Origin: Rhina ancylostomus
Taxonomy: Eukaryota
Assembly: GCA_030265395.1 (NCBI GenBank)
Contig: JARFYF010000036.1
Span: 26,099,819 to 26,163,818, forward strand
Direction: 5' to 3'
DNA length: 64,000 nt
A program made the position numbers and the translations under genes. The notes beneath the pieces were generated by a model. That model was not told the origin of the DNA. It searched no databases and worked only from the letters and a program-made list of their open reading frames with translations. This document shows positions 36,761 through 48,831 of this stretch, piece by piece; position 1 is the stretch's first letter, and each line of letters opens with the position of its first letter.

Positions 36761-38732
36761 TTCCTCAGCTCATTTTTTTTTGATGGGTCACTTTAATCAT
36801 AAGGATCGCTAGACAAATCTACCCTGTGTCTAAAACCCTTCACGGAAGTGGATCCAATGTATTTCAGCCGCTGTATTTTGCATGTATCTGAAGTACTTTG
36901 TGGGAGAAAAGCAGGGTAGATCAAACGTGTTAATGCTACATAGCAAGATTGCTATTAAATCGTTCTGAGTAATGACTTGATGTAAGTTTGTATGAAAAAT
37001 GGTAGACTGCACGTCATTCAGTTTTCTATTTCATGGGTTGTTGCCTTGAAGGTTTTCTTGTAACTTTGTTATGTGCGGCCATTGTTTCAATCCCATTGCT
37101 AGTATGGAGTTATTTGCTGGTGGTGCTTTTGAAGTGTTATAAGTTTATTTCCCAGTGGAATTTGGAGGTTCTGAGAATTTGTCAGAATTTACTGAGCTTG
37201 GAATGTTTGACATTTGGAGAAGGGTCTTGAGAAATTATTTTGGCTTTAAAGGAGCTCCCTTAATTGCCCAAACATTAGCATGAAAGTTATGGCTATAATA
37301 TAAAGATGTATCTAGTTTCTGCAGTTAAATGTAAAGTGATAAGCATGTGCTGGTCTTGAGAATATTGGATCTTGTTTTGGAAAAAAAATCAGAAATTATA
37401 GGTGCTTAGTGAATAAAACAGACTTACTTGAAATGGTTGCATGTCTAATCTAGAAATCAACATCTAAACACTAAATGTGCAAATCTGTGTCAAAGCAATT
37501 CTGAATATATAATTGTGTGAAGTATTCTTGATATAATTTTGGTGGCTTGTTGACAAGCATCATTACATGTAATCTGTAAATATTTTTCTTGTGTCAAAGT
37601 TATGAAAGGTGAATTGCCTGTGTCTGAAAATGTATTCGTATTTTGATATCTATGTGCATCAAATGCAGGAGCTGCTTACCAATTGATATTTTATAAGCTT
37701 TAAGCGTTCATACAAAATCATCTTTAATTGATCTGCGTGTTCTTGCCTTTTAGAATGTATTTTTAAAATGTGAAGAGACCCTATCAATCATAATTGTTAA
37801 AGTTTTGATTAATTTGCCTTATGTTAAGTATAATTTATTTTCTGATGATCAGACTTTTATCTAGAAGGCCATTATCTTCCACCTAAAATGATCTTTGGCA
37901 TCTAGTGGTTCTTTGGCACAAGGGTTTTCCATCCATTAGTAGTACACTCTGTCTACTGAAGTTCTCGATTTCAACTGGAAGTTACATGAGTGTTATTTAT
38001 TATTTTTAAGCACACTTTTGGAATTAACTGTTGAGGATCTGTCCTTTTCTTCCCCTTTTTTGAATAAGTTTAAAAATCAAGGCTTGATAACTTGCATCAG
38101 TGTAACAGGTCTGCTGATTCCAGTAATGTAACATGAAGTAAAGTTAATTGCTTTCAGCTTTTTACCTGTAAACATATTTGAGTCTTTCTAATTAATTTTT
38201 CAGAATTTGGGCTTCATCTGCATCTGGGAGTTGTAACATTTTTTTTGAAGTACTACATATGATGTGGGAATGTAAAGTGGCTTCAACTAATTGACACCTT
38301 GTTTTGCTGTTACTTGAGAAACTAAAGTTAGAGTAACATGCATAGTTCAGAATACCATGGAGATTTAACAAAAAAAAATCTGGTTACATCTAACGTTAAT
38401 TGCAAATGCTGTGGATTATAAGAGAAAGGAAGGACTAGGTAGGGTGAGGAAGGAAACTTGTATTTAGATCTCCCCTCGGCAGCTTAAGGCTAATCTGTAT
38501 TTCAGAATAAAGATTGTAACTGAAAGAAACTTTGTTCAGATTGATCTTGTCATATGATATTTAGATATAATTGGATGTTTAATGAATTCAATATCTACAT
38601 TTTTTAAAAAACAGCATGATATACAATAGGATAGAAACATGAAAACTGTAGGTGAAATTACAGGAATGCTGCAGTTTATACTCTACATGGACCCCTCTGG
38701 GTTATCTCTTACTGAATTTCTCATATCTCTGT

Positions 38733-38910
38733 AATAAAAACGGAAAATGCTGGAAACTAAGCAGGTCAAGCAGCATCTATAGAATCTGATGAAGGGTCTC
38801 AGACCTGAAGTGTTAAATTGTTTCTTCTTCCATCATTGCTGCCTGACCTGTTGAGTGTTTCCAGCATTCCGTTTTTAATTTCAGAATTCCAACAGCTGCA
38901 GTTTTTTTTC
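38733..38910. repeat. Palindromic Penelope-derived mini-element with hammerhead-like core
   Basis: Arms aaaaacggaaaatgctggaaac..caggtcaagcagca and tgctgcctgacctg..gtttccagcattccgttttt; centre CTGATGA-A-GGGTC-TCA-GACCT-GAAG. Confidence 0.7.
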
Positions 38911-39304
38911 ATTTTCATAGTTTCTCTTTAGTCACTTCTCATGGATACATCAAAGTTCTACTTAATTATATCAACTCCCATTTGGATGCAATTTCTATCT
39001 TTTCTGTAAATAAATGCTTTATCCTGTATTTGTAATATGATCTGTAGCAGTTTATTCAGGACTAGTCCACAAATTGACATTTCTCAATATCCACCAAATG
39101 AAACCCATTTATAATTTTAAAGGCCTCTTAGTTTTTTTTGTGGAAACAAGACACAACCAATTCAGTCTTTCCTTTATGGCTTGGGTCCTCTTAATTCTGT
39201 TAACATTTCTGTATTTTCTCCATTGTTTCAATATTGATTTTATAGTGTGTGGACTAGAACTTCCAACAATAATTTAACCTAGTTTCTGTATAAATTTAAT
39301 ACTG

Positions 39305-39653
39305 CAGATTGAAACTCTCTAGTCTGGCATTCTGTGGTCTGGCAGTTCCCATGGTTCAGCATATTTTGAATCTCTACTTCAGATCTATACTAATCTAACA
39401 AGGATCTATCTAAGATCAAAAAAATCAACTACGATCTGTGGCTAATTAACCTACCAGTGTAACTTTTGCAATCTCAGCTGACAGTGTTTCTGACTTTTGG
39501 AACCCTTGCTGACCCAGGAAGTGTCCATACTTTAAAAAGAGTAGTTTTCCTACTTGGACGAAGGTGATTGGTTGGGGGAGGGGTGGGGTTGCAATTTCTA
39601 TGGTTCAGCACCCATTAGGTCCCAAGGGTGCCAGATTAGAGAGTTTCGACCTG
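39305..39653. mobile_element. Tc1/mariner (Tigger/pogo-like) MITE
   Basis: TIRs cagattgaaactctctagtctggca and tgccagattagagagtttcgacctg; the right end is followed by TA. Confidence 0.7.
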
Positions 39654-39961
39654 TACCTCCACTTGTTTTCTAGATAGGAGCCTCAGTATTTTGTAAACTT
39701 CCAAATTTACCTTGCTGCCTCTAATTTCAGCTTTCTCACCTCTTTTTAGCTCATTTAGTTCTCACCTCCTTAATTCTTACTCAGTTTAGACTTCAACGTT
39801 ATTGAACTTAATTTGCCACTTATCTGTCCTTTCCACAAGCCTGCCCACTGGTGTTAGACTCCAAAACTAGTGGAAATAGTTACCAATAATTCTCATTGTC
39901 AAGCCTGTCCAGTTTTCTTTGTATAGAGTGACTACAGTACAGGAGGTGGCCATTTGGCCTA

Positions 39962-40890
39962 ACAGAGTCATACAACACGGAAGCAGGCCCTTTGGCCCAA
40001 CTCGTCCATGCTGACTGTGTTGCCCAGCGAGCTAGTCCCATCTGCCTGTTTGTCACATTGCCCTCTAAATCTCTCCTATCCATGTACTTATCTAGACGGC
40101 TTTTAAATATTTCTAATATGCCTGCCTCAACCACTATTTCTGGCAGCGCATTCCAAATATGCATCACCCTTTGTGTGAAGAAACTGCCCCTGATGTCCCT
40201 TTTAAATCTCTTGCTTCTGATCTTAGACCTATGCCCTCCTGTTTTTAGTAGCCCCTCCCTAGGGGGAAAAAGACTATATGCTTTCACCCTATCTATGCCT
40301 TTCATGATCTTGTATGCATCTATCAGGTCACCCCTCAATCCCCTATGTTCCAGGGAATAAAGTCCTAGTATGTGGAACCTCTGCTTTTAATTCAGGCCCT
40401 CAAGTCCAGGCAACATCCTGGTAAATCTTTTCTACATTCTTCCCAGTTTAATAACATCTTTCAGGGTGACCAAAACTGTACACAATACTCCCAAGTGCAG
40501 CTTCATACTGGAAGCCTGTGTGTAGTAGTGTGTCACGGGTTGGTGCTAGGATGTTTGTTGTTTATGTAAACGATTTGGATGTGGTTATGCAAGGCATAGA
40601 TGTAAGTTTGTGGATAATACCAAAATTTGTGGTGTTGTAGATAGTGTAGAAGGTTATGAAAAATTATAGGGGGATCTTGATCAGTTGGGTATGTGGGCTG
40701 AGGATNNNNNNNNNNNNNNNNNNNNNNNNNNNTTGAGGTATTGCCTTTTAGGGAGATCCAACCAGGTTACAGTGAATGGTAGGGCCCTGGGGGAGTGTTA
40801 TGGAGGGACCTAGGAGTGCAAGTGCTTAGTTTGCTTAAACTGGTGTCACAGGTAGATAGGGTGGTGAAGAAGGCATTTGGCATTGTGGCC
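39962..40890 (-). mobile_element. CR1 insertion with an inverted 5' segment (about 40506-40890 on +)
   Basis: Minus part: HLEY-like..RGDLIDAYKIMKGIDR..FFTQRVMHIWNALP..3' tail. Plus part: YVNDLD..KFVDNTKI.G..DLDQLG.WAE..KKAFGIVAYIS. Confidence 0.8.
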
Positions 40891-43800
40891 TACATCAGTT
40901 GTCCATTGCCAATTCTGTACCATGCACCAGTCCTTTTCCTGTAGTCTTGGAAAATTTTCTTCTCTGTATTTTTTTTCAATTCCCTCTGAAGGTTGCAATG
41001 GAACCTGTCTCCTCCAGATCTGCAGGCAGTGCAGTCCAAATTCCAACTGTTCCTTTTTTTCAAAACAAACATTTTTTTCCTTGTGTCATTCTCAATTCTG
41101 TTCCCTTTGTGTTTAGACCTGTGATGTCTATTCTCTGACCTCTCCATGGGCAAAGCTTCCCAGCATCCAGTCTGTCCAGATCTGCCATCATTTTATGTAC
41201 TTCTACCAAGTCCTCTCTCCAAAGTCAATAATACCAGTCCTCTTGTCTAACAGTGGTGCAGCACCAAAGGGACGTCGCAGGAATCATTGTCATAAACCTT
41301 TTTTAATCCTCTTTATTGCCTTTGCATCCTTTCTATAATGTTGTCACCAGAACTGAACACCAGTTGAGACCAGACCAGTGTTTTGTAAAGCTTCAGCATA
41401 ACCTTGCAATTTTTGTATTGTGTTTCTGTTGATAAAATCCATAATGTGTATGCCTTATTAATTGCTTTCTCAATAGCCTTGCCATTTTCAAAAACTCATA
41501 CACACATGCCTTCCGTTCCCTTTGTTCCTGCACCCTTTTAGAATGGTATTCTTTATTTTGCAGTAAAACTCTGATAATTCCCTATCGCATTGTTCAGAAA
41601 TCCCAATAGTTCAGCATCTAGCTCACTGGGGGATGTTTCCCATGCTGGTTTTAAACTTGCTGTGGATACATTTCCCAGCTCTCAAACTTAAAAGTTAAGG
41701 ATTGCATCCACAAGCCTAATTCCTTAATAACTATTTTAAGAAAAGCAATGGCCCCAACATCTATCCCTGGGGAATACCACTTTTTGTCTTCCTCCAGTCT
41801 GAAAAATTACTGTTCACCACAATGCTTTGTCAGTTACATGGCCAACTTCATATTCATGTTGTTTCTTTTACGTCATGTGGTTCAACTTTGCAAATAAACC
41901 TGTTGTGCAATGTTATCAAAAGCCTTTTGGAAGTTCATGTATACCACATCAATTGCATGGCCTTTACTAATTTGGGTAACCCTCTTCACTGTCCACTAAA
42001 CCAACAATTTTTGTGTCATCAGCAAAGTTGTTAGCCATGTTAACAACATTGTCATCCAAGTCATTAATACAGATGACAAACAACAGTGGACCAGCACCGA
42101 CACCTGTGGCACATCACTGGTCACAGGCCTCCTGTCTGAAAAACAACCCTCCTCTACTGCCCTCTGACTTCTTCCAGGAAGCCAATTTTGTAGCCAGTTG
42201 GCTAGCTCACCCTGAATCTCGTGATCTAATCTTCTGGACTAGCCTACCATGAATGTCAAAGGCCTTGCTAAAGTGCATGCAGACAACATCCGTCACTCTG
42301 CCTTTATCAACCCTCATGGTCACCTCTTCAAAAAAAACCTCAAAGTTTCTGAGACACAAAGTCATGATGACAATTCCTAATCAGTTCTTGCCTTTCGGAA
42401 TGCTGGTAGATGCTGTCCCTCAGAATTGACTCCAGTTTTCTCAGCACTTGTATTTGGCTCACCAGCCTGTAGTTTCTCCAGCCCCTTTTAAATAAAGCCA
42501 CAACATATCCATGCCCCCCCCTCCCAAAAAGTGTTTGATTTCCCTAGAGATGGGCCAGCATAGCCCTCTCTCTAAAAGGGCCATCTACATATTGTTACTG
42601 TGAATATTGTCAGACTTCTTGCTCTAAATGCAGCTTAGCTTTTTTTATACCTTCCTCACTCCCTGTCATGCCCTGCTTGTACTGTCTACTGAACTTGCTT
42701 TAATGTTTATATTTGCCTTAACTTTCCCATCTGCATCACTGCTGCTTTGGGCCCTGCCCCTCTGCCAGATTAGTTTAAACCCTCCCAAGTGGCACTAGCA
42801 ATTCTCCCTGCCAGGTTATTGATTCTCCTGCAGTTCAGGTGCAACTTATCCCTCTTGTACGTGTCCCACCTACCCTGGAAGAGAGCCCAAGTAATCAGTA
42901 TACCTGAAGCCCTCCCTCCTGCACCAGATCCTTAGCCACACATTTAACCGTACTATTTTCCTATTTCTTGCCTCACTAGTTTGTGGCACAAGAAGTAATC
43001 CTGAGATTACAACCCTAGAGGTCCTACCTTTTTTAACTTGCTATCTAGCTCCCTCAATTCTCTTTGCAGGACCTCATCTCTCTTCCTGCCTGGCATCAGT
43101 ACCAAATTGGACCATGACCTAAAGCTGCTCACCCTCCCCTTTTACAATGTCCTGTGCCTGCTCAGAGAAATTTTTGACCCTGGCACCAAGGAGGCAACAC
43201 TATGCTGGAGTCCCATTCGTAGCCACAGAAACACAATTCTGTTCCCCTATCTCTATTGCTCACCTAGACTTTGTCCTATGTTGTTTTACAGTAAAGCCTG
43301 CTGCTATTCTCCCCAGAGAGGCTATTTCTGCACTCCTTCCCCCCCTCCCCCCACTGCCCAACAGTATGCAGACTGGTACACTTATTAGAGAGGAGGATAG
43401 CCACAGAAGACTCCTGTACTACCTGCCTGCCTCTCCTGGCAGTCATCCATCTACCTGACTGAACTTTGATGTGACCTCTTCCCTGAAACTACTAACTATG
43501 ACACTATACCTCCTGTATGCTCAGTGAGTCCAACTGCAGTTCTAACCGATCCATACAGTCTGGGAGCAGCTGCAGCTGAACACACTTCCTGCAGATGTAG
43601 TTGTCAGGGAGACTAGACTCCTCACTATCACCCACATCTGAGAGGAGTATACCACCCCGCTGACTGACATTACTGTCCCTTTAAACTAGCAGACTTTGGG
43701 TGGTGGGGTGGAGAGGGAGGAGAGGGAAAGTGGGGAGAGGGCAATGATACCTTGTCCCTGCATTGTTTCTGCTTGCCTTCCCCACTGAAGCTTAGTGTTC

Positions 43801-44760
43801 ATCAATGCCTGCACTTTCACCACCAGCAGCACTTCTCAAGATGGCTTCACCGCCATAGTCTGCCTCCCTATTATTTGCNNNNNNNNNNATTATTTGCTGC
43901 CAGGGCGGCTGCTAGTGAAACTAACAAACTGACTTTTCCAATCTCCCAACTCCTCGCTGCTTGGGTGGTTGCTAGTGATTTCCTCACAATTCCTTCAAAA
44001 TCCAAGGATGTACCAAACTTCAAGTTCAGCCAACTTTTCTGAAGCATCCACGCTATCATTTTTAATGTGTTCAATCTATTTCCTTTGCTATTACTTTGAA
44101 AGCATCCTCCTCCAAGCTGAAGGAAGATGCAAAGTACTCATTTGGTACCATATTGGTGTGCTCAGCATCCATGTGCAAGTTTCCATTTTTGTCCTTAATG
44201 AGCCTCGCTCCTCTATGTACTACAATTTCATATACATCCACAGAACACTTTTAGATTCTCATTTCTATCTGTTGCTAATCCTTTTTCATATGCTCTTTTT
44301 GCCCCTAATTTTTATTTCTACTAAGATTCTTTCTGTAATTGGCCTGGATTTCATAGGTATTTACAACCCTGCATTGTCATAGTTTTATGGTTTTATTGTC
44401 CTATGCATCTCTGACGTCCAGGGAGCTCTGGGTTTGTTTGATTATCTTAAACTTTTCATCTGATCATCCTTTTGTTCTCTTCATTTCAGGATATCTTTAA
44501 ACTTCAAGGGGGGAAAAATCCCTATTTCTGTATTTCTCCATGTAATTTAATTCATGGGGGCCCAAGTGTTGCTTTGATCAATCTTTGCTGCAATGATCAA
44601 TCTGTTGCTCTGATCAATCTTTGTTAAGCTCTAATGCCGTTACATTCTTCCTGAGTTACTGACCTCCCCAGTATTCCAGATGTGATTTAGTTCATGCTTT
44701 GAATAACTATAGCATAAATTCTCATTCTTTGTTTCTATCCTTAAGGTATGAAGGACAGGA
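40891..44760 (-). mobile_element. Nested, degraded CR1 LINEs, including RT and an ORF1 esterase-like region
   Basis: tttgtgtcatcagcaaag is the antisense of FADDTK (about 42010); tgtcaaaggccttgctaaagt is the antisense of FSKAFD; tagtttaaaccc at about 42770 is typical of the CR1 ORF1 end. Confidence 0.7.
41561..41690 (+). mobile_element. Partial Tigger-like MITE (left end), related to 56835-57126
   Basis: cagtaaaactctgataattccctatc...gaaatcccaatagttcagca. Confidence 0.5.
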
Positions 44761-44904
44761 TTACATTGTATATTTTACCTATTTTCTGCAGCTTTTGACA
44801 ATACTTTACTTTAATGACTGATGTGCATTAATTGCCTATCTCTACAGTTAAATTTTCACTAATTTGGAAAGTGGTCAAGAGTGAACACAAATTTGTTTAC
44901 AAGT

Positions 44905-45390
44905 TCTAGAACATAGAACAGACCAAGAACAGGCCCTTTAGTCCACAATGTCTGCGCCTACCATGATGCCAATCCAAATTAATCCCATCTACCTGCATGT
45001 GGTCTGTATCGCTCCTTTCCCTGTCTAAATGCCTCTTAAATGTTGCTACTCTCTCTGCTTCCACTACTTCCCCTGGCAGCATGTTCTAGGCACCTACCAT
45101 TCTGTGTTTCAAAAATAAATCTCTTTAAACATCCCCCTTTCACTTTAAATGGATATTGTCTGGTATTTGACATTTCTACCCTGGGGGGGAAAAATTCTAA
45201 TTGTCTACCCTATCCATGCTTCTCATAATTTTATATATTTCCGTCAGGTTGTCCCTCAGCCTCCTATGCTCCAGAGAAAACAAAACAAGTTTGTCCATCC
45301 TCTTGTGTATATAAATGCTCTCCAATTCAGGCAGCATCCTGGTTAACGTCTTCTGCACCCTCTTCAAAGTTTCCACATCCTTCCTGTATT
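44905..45390 (-). mobile_element. CR1 LINE 3' end
   Basis: Antisense tail tagaacatagaaca...caggcccttt, with ORF2 C-terminal remnants. Confidence 0.75.
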
Positions 45391-45974
45391 GTATGCTGAA
45401 AGAATGTTTGACATTGAAACTGATGCTATATAAAAGGCCTTCATCACATGGTCGTATTGGACACCTAAATATCTTTTCAGTGGAACTTCAAAGTAATTAA
45501 CTTCGCAATTAGATTTACTGTCTTTGGCATAGATTGTGTAATGTTGCTGATATTTGCCAGTTGACATGTAGCATCTTTCCTCCCAAAAAATCCAGGCATA
45601 AGCTGCCATATATATATTGCATTTTTATCAGCATGATATGAAATATGATCATCTGTCTTAAAATCACAATTAACTTTTCAATTTAATTAAGTGAATCATG
45701 CAACATCTTTTTATTTTTAGCCCATTTATATTTCTACTTTGCTAAGAATTGAATGATCTGATCTGATGCTGTCTTTTGCAAGTCAAGTAAGATAATTTAT
45801 ATTCATTTACCTCTGCATTGTTATGTCCTCAAAAAAAAAAATCCATGAACTACCTTTCAAGAATGAAATTGCTTCAATTTTGATAGATAAACTTGAACTG
45901 TTTCCTTTTCCTTACCATACCAGGCTACTGTTCAATTTTTTTAAGGTTACTATTGTTTAGAGGGGAATAATATT

Positions 45975-46960
45975 TCTTCTTTTTCAATCTTTTTTATTGG
46001 TTTCAAATCAATACAAATGGTATATGGCATCAAAGTTTGTACATATCTTACAANNNNNNNNNNNNNNNNNNNNNNNNNNNNNNNNNNNNNNNNNNNNNNN
46101 NNNNNNNNNNNNNNNNNNNNNNNNNNNNNNNNNNNNNNNNNNNNNNNNNNNNNNNNNNNNNNNNNNNNNNNNNNNNNNNNNNNNNNNNNNNNNNNNNNNN
46201 NNNNNNNNNNNNNNNNNNNNNNNNNNNNNNNNNNNNNNNNNNNNNNNNNNNNNNNNNNNNNNNNNNNNNNNNNNNNNNNNNNNNNNNNNNNNNNNNNNNN
46301 NNNNNNNNNNNNNNNNNNNNNNNNNNNNNNNNNNNNNNNNNNNNNNNNNNNNNNNNNNNNNNNNNNNNNNNNNNNNNNNNNNNNNNNNNNNNNNNNNNNN
46401 NNNNNNNNNNNNNNNNNNNNNNNNNNNNNNNNNNNNNNNNNNNNNNNNNNNNNNNNNNNNNNNNNNNNNNNNNNNNNNNNNNNNNNNNNNNNNNNNNNNN
46501 NNNNNNNNNNNNNNNNNNNNNNNNNNNNNNNNNNNNNNNNNNNNNNNNNNNNNNNNNNNNNNNNNNNNNNNNNNNNNNNNNNNNNNNNNNNNNNNNNNNN
46601 NNNNNNNNNNNNNNNNNNNNNNNNNNNNNNNNNNNNNNNNNNNNNNNNNNNNNNNNNNNNNNNNNNNNNNNNNNNNNNNNNNNNNNNNNNNNNNNNNNNN
46701 NNNNNNNNNNNNNNNNNNNNNNNNNNNNNNNNNNNNNNNNGGGGGTATTGGATCCTTCCATTTAAGCAAAATAGATCGCTTGGCCATTAGTGTGACAAAG
46801 GCAATCATATGGTTAGCGGAAGCAGATAAATGGCCAGATTCAATCCTTGATAATCCGAAAATTGCAGTAATAGGGTGCGGTTGTAAATCAATCCTCAATA
46901 CCTTTTGAAATAATGTTAAAAATATCTTTCCAGTACTGTTCCAAAAGAGGACAGGACCTT
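45975..46960 (-). mobile_element. L1/Tx1-clade LINE 3' end (middle lost in a gap)
   Basis: IDLQPHPITAIFGL...HMIAFVTLMAKRSILLKWKDPIP (L1 ORF2 C-terminus), with the same antisense tail as 25400. Confidence 0.8.
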
Positions 46961-47073
46961 TTCCTCCTGGAAATCTTGTCCCAGGACGGAACTGATGTAG
47001 TTGAGTATAATTGTAAATAGTACTCTCAAAAGTTTTTTAGAGAATTTTGACTGGGAACTATCTGGTACTATTT

Positions 47074-47102
47074 TGCAGTACTTTGTACCACTAGAGGCGC
47101 TC
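47074..47102 (+). promoter_or_regulatory. Candidate extended CTCF site (upstream module plus core)
   Basis: TGCAGTACT-TTGTA-CCACTAGAGGCGCTC: the TGCAG upstream module with typical spacing before a CCACTAGAGG core; the 3' end of the core lacks one G. Confidence 0.55.
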
Positions 47103-47473
47103 AGGGAGCTTTGAGAAGTAGATTTCTTCTGCTTAAGTAATTTGAAACTGGTTCTGTGGCATGGCATTGCATCGGCAACTCCTTCATTAGAGTTGTTCAA
47201 CATTTTTATTTTGAATTGCCTAAGTATTTATCATTGCTTTAATTAGGGAGTAGAGTTTATTCTTTATTGTAGCAGAACTAACTGCAGGTCATTTGTTGAT
47301 GTATTTCAAGTGTGCCATTGCAGAAGTTTTATTCCAATCCTGGTGCTTTTTGAGTCAGAGTTCTATAGCATGGAAACAGGCCCTTCGGTCTAACTAGTCC
47401 ATACTAACCAAGGTGCCTACCTGAGCTAGTCTGTTTGCCTGTGTTTGGCCCATATCCCTCTAAGCCTTCAGCA

Positions 47474-48085
47474 AAAGAACAAACTGCTGGAGAAATTCAG
47501 TGGGTCAAGCAGCATCTGTGGAGGCAGAGGGACAGTCAGTGTTTTGAATCGAGACCCTGCAGTGGAAATGCCCTGTATAAAAAGATGAGAGGAAGGGGTG
47601 AGGCAGGGGCTGCCAGGCGATAGATAAGTGGTGCCAGGTGAGGAGGGAGATGATGGGTAGATGGAGCCAGGAAAGGATGATTCAAGAAAAAGTGGATGGT
47701 GGGTGATGGGTAGAGACAGATACTGAAAGGGGGGAGAAAATAAAGTGGACAGATGGAGCCAGGTGGTGGGAGGAGAGGGTGGTGGTTGGAGGTAGAGACA
47801 GGCTGGAAGGTGATTATGGAAACAAGAAACTGCAGGTGCAGAATCGGATAGATAAGGAAAGTGATAAGTGGATCCATATGAGGGAAGGATGCAGATGGAC
47901 CCAGCTGGGGGGAGGGAATGAAACTGAGTGATGAGGTGGGGGTGGGAGGGAACAGAAAGAGAGAAAGGTGCACTGGGAGTGTGGGTTACCTGAAGTTGGT
48001 AAATTCACTGTTCGTACTGTTGGGTTGTAGACTAACCAAGTGAAATATAAGGTGCAGTTCTTCTGGTTAGCATTTGGCCTTGCTC
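47474..48085 (-). mobile_element. Penelope-like element 3' end (GIY-YIG C-terminus, pyrimidine-rich UTR, terminal repeat)
   Basis: The minus strand encodes PEELHLIFHLVSLQPNSTNSEFTNFR* (like LEEQHLIFRLGSLQPxGMNIEFSNF), followed by a CT-rich tract and the shared terminal repeat. Confidence 0.75.
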
Positions 48086-48239
48086 TGGCATTCTCTAAAA
48101 CTTTTCTGTGTACTTTTCCTGATGTCTTTCCATTTCCACCTGCAGGATCAGGGATGAAGACAGGAGGGAATACATTCTGGTGCTGTAGTGAGAGAGAGGT
48201 TATTGGAGAGACTATTAGGAAACAAGACAGTCAAAGTTG

Positions 48240-48532
48240 TACACAATATCTATGCTGACCATCAAGCACCTCCTCTACACTAATTCCACAATCTTCTTCA
48301 CTTCCCCTTGAAGTAGACCCCTTCCCACCTCCCATTTCTCCTGCCACCTACTCTTTAGGCAATTTGCAGTAACTGCTTTACCTACCAACCAGCATATCTT
48401 TGGCACTTGGAAGGAAACCGCAGCACAAAGAGAGTGTGCAAATTCCACATGGAGAACACCCAAGTTCAGGATCAAACCTGGGACTCGAGCTATGAGGCAG
48501 CAGTGCTAACTGCTGTCCAACTGTACCACCCT
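48240..48532 (-). mobile_element. tRNA-derived V-SINE
   Basis: tctttggcacttggaaggaaaccgcagcac...gtgcaaattccaca; antisense head ...gctaactgctgtccaactgtaccaccc. Confidence 0.65.
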
Positions 48533-48717
48533 GTATTTGAACCCTAAACTACTGCAGCATTTTTTTTGTATTATTGGATGTTTATCACAATTTATTTTGT
48601 TTTTCTCTGTCAAATATTTTCAAATGATTTTATTTAATTGTTGGGTAATTTTAGCTTTTAATTCTGGCAAGTGTAGGTGGATATTCTCTAACCAGTTTTA
48701 ATCCTTTTCTTATTTAG

Positions 48718-48831
48718 GCAATATCGATCTGGCCATTGATGCTTCTCCTAGAGCTGCATACTTCATCCACTTTTTATGTACCAGGTGTAGCACCAATTGA
48801 CTTTCATCATAATCATCCTGTGGAAATTAAG
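48718..48831 (+). CDS. TM9SF4: TM9SF4 exon 2 (114 bp): signal peptide and FYVPGVAP
   Basis: [38 protein letters not shown]. Acceptor tttag|GCA, donor AAG|gtagtt. FYVPGVAP is the nonaspanin mature N-terminus. Confidence 0.93.

Noticed and set aside
37893-37910. Further CTCF-like sites (ccactagatgcca on minus; also about 21586 and 53588)
   Set aside because: Mismatches at high-information core positions, and 53588 lies inside a repeat.
45997-46908. Long ORFs of 237-303 aa in the ORF track
   Set aside because: Artefacts of a roughly 690-N gap; the only real coding remnant is the L1 ORF2 end on minus.
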